Shown here piece after piece: positions 59,667-64,000 of a stretch of DNA of 64,000 nt. The DNA is taken from positions 186,001 through 250,000 of the forward strand of contig JAPMXV010000067.1 of the NCBI GenBank assembly GCA_026936335.1, read 5' to 3'. A program made the translations under genes and the position numbers. Under the pieces are notes generated by a model, which made no database searches, had not been told where the DNA came from, and saw only the letters and a list, made by a program, of their open reading frames with translations. Position 1 is the first letter of the stretch. Each line of letters starts with the position of its first letter. Source of the DNA: Mantamonas sphyraenae STR306 (taxonomy: Eukaryota > Protista > CRuMs).

Positions 59667-61214
59667 ATGAAGACACACGTTGCACTGGCTCTGTGCGCCG
59701 TGCTGTGCCTTGTGGTTCATGGCGTGTCGGCTGTGCAGACGGAGGAGCAGCTGCGAAACGAGCTCTGCGCGGAACACAACCTCTGCAGCGGTGCTGTGCG
59801 TACGCTGCAGACATGGGACCGTGTGATGACCGATGCCACTGATCGTGGTGTGCACCGTCTGTATGCCAAGGCCAACCAGGACGAAGACCGTACGTTTTGA
59901 CGGTGTGGCTTTTGCGTGGCATCCCCCTTTTTTTTTTTCCAACCGCTCACGCCACGCAACACACGCATCCCTGGGCGCGTGCGCCATCGCCTGTGCTCGC
60001 CGTTTCGCACACACAGTGGCCCATGCCATGCACAAGCTGCACGCGCTGTTGATGGACTCGGACGAAGAGGTCCAGGACCAGGACGAGTACCTGGGTGCCG
60101 TGTCTGGCTCGGGTAACATCTGGAACTTTGGCAACATCGGCCCCAACGGCGATCTGCTGTATGCCTTTCTGTCGCGTGCCGTGTACGACCGCAGCAAGCC
60201 GCTTCCGGTCGGCCTGGAGCTGCGCTTCAGCAACGGCTGGAGCTCCAAGAGCCTCAAGGTGGTGAAGCGCATTGATGTGCGCTCGAGCTCGTCGAACGCA
60301 GTGGTGTTCCGCAGCGGCAGCAGCATCTACGTCGCCTTCCGCGGCAGTGAGAGCAACTCGATGGAACACTTTTACAAGGATTGGGTCAAGACCAACGGCA
60401 ACGTGCTCAAGACCAGCGCCTGCTTCGGGAGCGACGGGTGCGTGAGCGGCCGGGCCCACTCGGGCTTCCTGCGTTCTTTCAACGACGTGCGTGGCAGCTG
60501 GGACTTCCGCTCCCTGCTCTCGTCGTACCGTTCGTCCACGTGGTACTTTACGGGCCACAGTCTGGGCGGCGCCATGGCCACGCTGGCTGGCAGCTGGGCA
60601 GCCAAGAAGGGCCTGCGCATCGGCGCCGTGGTCACCTTTGGCTCACCCGCGTGGGCGATAGCTCGTACGCAAGCGGCTTCAACTCGGCCGTCGGTCGCTA
60701 CAACCGACGCTACGTCAACGAGTACACCATCAGCAAGTGCGGTTGGTTCGGCTCGGTCGAGTCGGATGCCGACAGCGAGGTCATGGACTCGGAGGAGGGC
60801 AAGCGTGTGCGCACCCTGCACCTGCTCCACATGATGAAGCTCAACCCGCAGGCGTCGCGTGCTCTGGTGGCCCAGCTCACCAGTGTGTCCCTGGACCAGA
60901 TCCAGGACTTTGACACCGAGCAGAAGGTTGACCCGGCCTGGAAGGACCAGATGGTCTCTGACAGCAACGAGATTGCAAGCACCCTGTCTGGCTGGATCAA
61001 TGACATCAACCCGTTTGGCACCTCCACGGGTCAGGATCTTGTCACCCTGCTCCCGCCCAGCGAGTTTGGCTACACCGCCGTCTCGGGCAAGCGCGGCGTC
61101 AAGTGCCCCACCAGCTGCAGTGGCTTCTGCTGCGGTCTCACGCCGTCTCGCATTGCCTCCACGGGCATCTGCCACACCATCGACAACTACATCACCGCCC
61201 TCGGTGGCAAGTAG
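59667..61214 (+). CDS. Secreted class 3 lipase
   Basis: Signal peptide; IYVAFRGS, HSGF, FTGHSLGGAMATL, TFGSPRVGD (restored by one C at about 60647), DLVTLLPP, CHTIDNY. Intron 59890-60016. Confidence 0.88.
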
Positions 61215-61269
61215 GTTTCCTAATGGATAGAGTGTACGGTGACCCGTTCATTCATTTCTTTTTGTTTCA

Positions 61270-61665
61270 CTATTGCTCCACCACAAAGGTGTCTTTGGTG
61301 TACAGGTTGTACACAGTGCGCTGGCGTTGCGCGGCACCCAGATCCCGCACCGCCTTTTTGTACAGTGTGGCCACAACCTGCGGGTCCGTTTCGTTCTGGT
61401 GGTAGCGAAAGGCGTCCTGTGGCGCCGACGATGGCAGGGTGCGTCGTGTGAGCGGTTGCTGTGTGTGTCGCGGCGGGGGATCCGGCGGAGCGAAAAGTGG
61501 GTGGGGGCCGGAATGTGCCGTGTGCGTGCGGGGCGTGGCTGGCAGCCGTACCTTTGTGCGCGTGGTGGCAAACTCGCGCACCACGTAATTCTTGTACTTG
61601 GCACTCTCGCGCAGCAGGCCACGGTAGACACTGCGCACAGCAGAGGCAGACGGGGCAGAGGACAT
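61270..61665 (-). CDS. LYRM4: LYR-motif protein 4 (ISD11)
   Basis: VYRGLLRES.KY.NY..REF...R.KDAFR......D...RQ..V..LY.....VVE. Intron 61417-61551. Confidence 0.9.
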   Translation of the reverse strand: MSSAPSASAVRSVYRGLLRESAKYKNYVVREFATTRTKVRLPATPRTHTAHSGPHPLFAPPDPPPRHTQQPLTRRTLPSSAPQDAFRYHQNETDPQVVATLYKKAVRDLGAAQRQRTVYNLYTKDTFVVEQ

Positions 61666-61762
61666 GGTTGGGGAGGTTGGCCCAGCCGGCGTCCAAACAT
61701 ACGCCCCATTGCATCCACACAAACCCTCTTTCTGCACCTTTTCCGGTCACCCAATACCATCC

Positions 61763-62802
61763 ATGAGGACAACGGGGCAGAGACTGGCAATTGTCATCGC
61801 AGTGTGTGCGTGTCTGTGCATGGTTGCGCTGGCGGCAGACTCAAACAAGGCCGCAGACGCAGACATGCAGGTGGATCTCGAGAGCAACAACTACTACACT
61901 CGCCTTGGTGTGTACCCGTGGGCATCGGCAAAGTCTATCAAGCTGCGCTACCTCAAGCTGGCCAAGAAATGGTGCGTTGCATCGTTCTCGCGGCCGGCGG
62001 AAAAACCCTCCACGGCTTGACACGTGGCAGCCCCGCTCACACCTGTACACACACACGCACAGGCATCCCGACCGCAACAGCGACGATCCCAAGGCCAGCG
62101 ACAAGTACATGAACTTGCACACCGCATACAACACCCTCAAGGACCCCGAGAAGCGCGATCTCTACGACGCGGTCATGATCCTCACCCTCGGTCAGGGCAG
62201 CATGGACGAGGCTGACAGGCTGTACACGGTACGTAAACGACATAGAGAAGACGGGATTGGGGGTTTGGAGGGTTGGGAGCACTGACACGCGTGTGGGCAT
62301 CTCTCGGCTGGCACAGGAACTGTCCAAGGACTTGCTCAACTGGCTCAAGAGCGACCAGATCAAGCCTTACTGGGACATGGTGCCCAAGATGCCAAAGTGG
62401 CTGAAGCAGAACAAGCTGCGTCTGACGCTGGCGGTGGTGGCTGTGAACGGCCTCGCCACCTTTTGGCTTGTTGGCAGCTCCAAGATCATGGGCGGGATTG
62501 TGGGCGCCGTGTGGTGGTGCATCACGGGCGTGTTTGACCTCGTGCGCTTCTTTATGCTCGCTTTTACAGTCGACGGGATGCTGCATCCGAATGAGAAGCC
62601 TGAGGAGGCGCCAGTCGACGGCGACTGGCAGAGCTTCGGCATCTCCGTTGCCATTTCGTTGGTGCTGTGGTATGTGGTGCTGCCGCAGTTGTGGAAACTT
62701 ATCTGCTGTGGTGGGAGTGGCCCCGCCGACGAGGAGGACGGGCCAAAGACCTTGAAGAACAAGCGCGAGGGCAATGCACGCAAGGCGCGTGGGGGGAAGT
62801 GA
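61763..62802 (+). CDS. Signal peptide + DnaJ domain + TM protein
   Basis: Exons 61763-61971, 62064-62228 and 62316-62802. YY..LGV...AS...IK..Y.KLAKKWHPDRN, AY..L.DPEKR..YD. Confidence 0.88.
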
Positions 62803-63179
62803 TTCCTGTTTGCGCAGCGCAACACGTCAGCCAATCCTTCCACATTTCCTCCACTTCCAACCTCTCCTCATGTCCACTTCCCCCCCACCTCCCCTCTCCT
62901 CCGTACGTCACCACCAGTTCGCCTTGCACACACCTCTCAGAATCAACTTGCACACCCGGTCGCACCCACTTTGCTTCCATCACCACAGAACGCCTCGTTT
63001 CCGAGTGAACACCATCCGTGCACCCATCTCGTCGACTGGCATCCCAAAACCAACTGCACGAATCTTCTTTTGTTTCGGTGCTGTGCCCTCGACAGCCAAT
63101 CTTGGTCAATCACTTCCCATGTGCTTCGACACCCAGCTTGTGGGTCTCTCACCCTCCTGGTCCACGACCGATGCACCGA

Positions 63180-64000
63180 TCACCACGCTGCCATCGTGTC
63201 CAGCAGCATCGTCGCCGCTTCTGCGTGAGTCTGCGCAGTTGCAAAACACAACGGGGTCAATCCATGCGGATCCACCTTGTCCACCTCTGCACCATGGCCC
63301 AACAGTACCATCACCATGTCCACGTTACCAAAGGCTGCGGCAACAAACAGTGGCGAGAAGCCGCGGTCATCCGCCTCGTCCACCTCTGCTCCTCTGTCCA
63401 ACAGCATCATCGCCACCTCTGTGTACCCGTTCTGTGCTGCAATGTACAACGGCGTGGCACCGTTCGTCGACGCCTTGTTCACATCTGCTCCTCTGTCCGC
63501 CAGCAACGTCGCCGTCTCCGTATCTCCGTTCTGTGTTGCAATGAGCAACGGCGTCCACCCGTCCCAGTCCCCCTTGTTCACATCTGCTCCTCTGTCCACC
63601 AGCATCATCGCCATACCCGTGTACCCGTTTTGTGCTGCAATGAACAATGGTGTGTCTCCGTTCGCGTCAACATTGTCTACCTCTGCGCCCCTGTCCAGCA
63701 GCATCACCGCTGTCTCCGTATCTCCGTTCTGTGCTGCAATGAACAATGGTGTGTCTCCGTTCGCGTCAACATTGTCTACCTCTGCGCCCCTGTCCAACAG
63801 CATCACCGCTGTTTCCGTGTGCCCATTCTCTGCTGCAATGAACAATGGCGTGGCTCCGTTCACGTTGACCTTGTTCACATCTGCTCCTCTGTCCAGCAGC
63901 ATCGTCGTTGTCTCTGTGTGACCGTTTCGTGAAGCGATGTGTAAAGGCGTCCACCCGTCCCAGTCCCCTTTCTTCACATCTGCGCCCTTGTCCAGCAGCA
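63180..64000 (-). CDS. Ankyrin-repeat protein (3' part; continues beyond the window)
   Basis: At least 8 repeats of G.TPL.IA..NG.TE....LLDRGA.V. Near-identical 99-bp units at about 63625-63860. Confidence 0.92.
   Translation of the reverse strand, partial: LLDKGADVKKGDWDGWTPLHIASRNGHTETTTMLLDRGADVNKVNVNGATPLFIAAENGHTETAVMLLDRGAEVDNVDANGDTPLFIAAQNGDTETAVMLLDRGAEVDNVDANGDTPLFIAAQNGYTGMAMMLVDRGADVNKGDWDGWTPLLIATQNGDTETATLLADRGADVNKASTNGATPLYIAAQNGYTEVAMMLLDRGAEVDEADDRGFSPLFVAAAFGNVDMVMVLLGHGAEVDKVDPHGLTPLCFATAQTHAEAATMLLDTMAAW

Noticed and set aside
8900-60660. Widespread programmed frameshifting or RNA editing (breaks at about 8915, 12600, 15894, 21707, 35000, 35205, 38107, 42686, 47695, 53338, 54593, 55297, 60647)
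   Set aside because: The breaks share no motif or direction, fall in 2-5 nt homopolymers or dinucleotide repeats, and hit essential genes (COPA, eIF3d). This is the signature of long-read consensus error; short-read polishing would confirm.
61417-61551. 45-aa insertion in ISD11
   Set aside because: It is a canonical GTACGG..CAG intron that happens to be 135 nt and stop-free; removing it restores the family alignment.
62943-63182. Selenocysteine readthrough of the ankyrin TGA into a downstream in-frame ORF
   Set aside because: No redox motif or SECIS is evident, and the ankyrin-like remnant is in a different frame.
30-64000. (GCA)n, (TCC)n and (CA/TG)n tracts as special elements
   Set aside because: Ordinary microsatellites encoding poly-Ser/Ala linkers or lying in introns and UTRs.

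Overview
This is eukaryotic nuclear DNA from a GC-rich, very gene-dense, flagellated protist. Evidence: spliceosomal GT-AG introns, CEP164, CFAP300, COPA, eIF3d and eEFSec. I can support about 33 protein-coding genes, three tRNA-Gly(GCC) genes and one intronic box C/D snoRNA; intergenic gaps are often under 100 bp. About 13 apparent frameshifts fall in short homopolymer or dinucleotide runs and look like long-read consensus errors, so many six-frame ORFs are fragments or antisense shadows. The best candidate for an undescribed system is an intronless cluster at about 5.9-11.2 kb between RPL27A and GPATCH4. It holds an NLR-like CHAT(caspase-like)-NB-ARC-TPR gene with diversifying 129-bp repeats, a head-to-head ankyrin gene, a micro-ORF encoding only the C-terminal third of histone H3, and a hairpin-dense non-coding block. 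Other highlights: gene-orientation-independent G-to-C skew inversions at about 5.94 kb and 57.4 kb (candidate replication origins), same-strand genes only 13-41 nt apart (possible polycistronic transcription), a spliced DASH/Dam1-like micro-protein, a bacterial-like SnoaL gene, a CUE-PhyH fusion and a pseudoknot-capable intron in CEP164. All family assignments come from motif recognition by eye; no searches were run.
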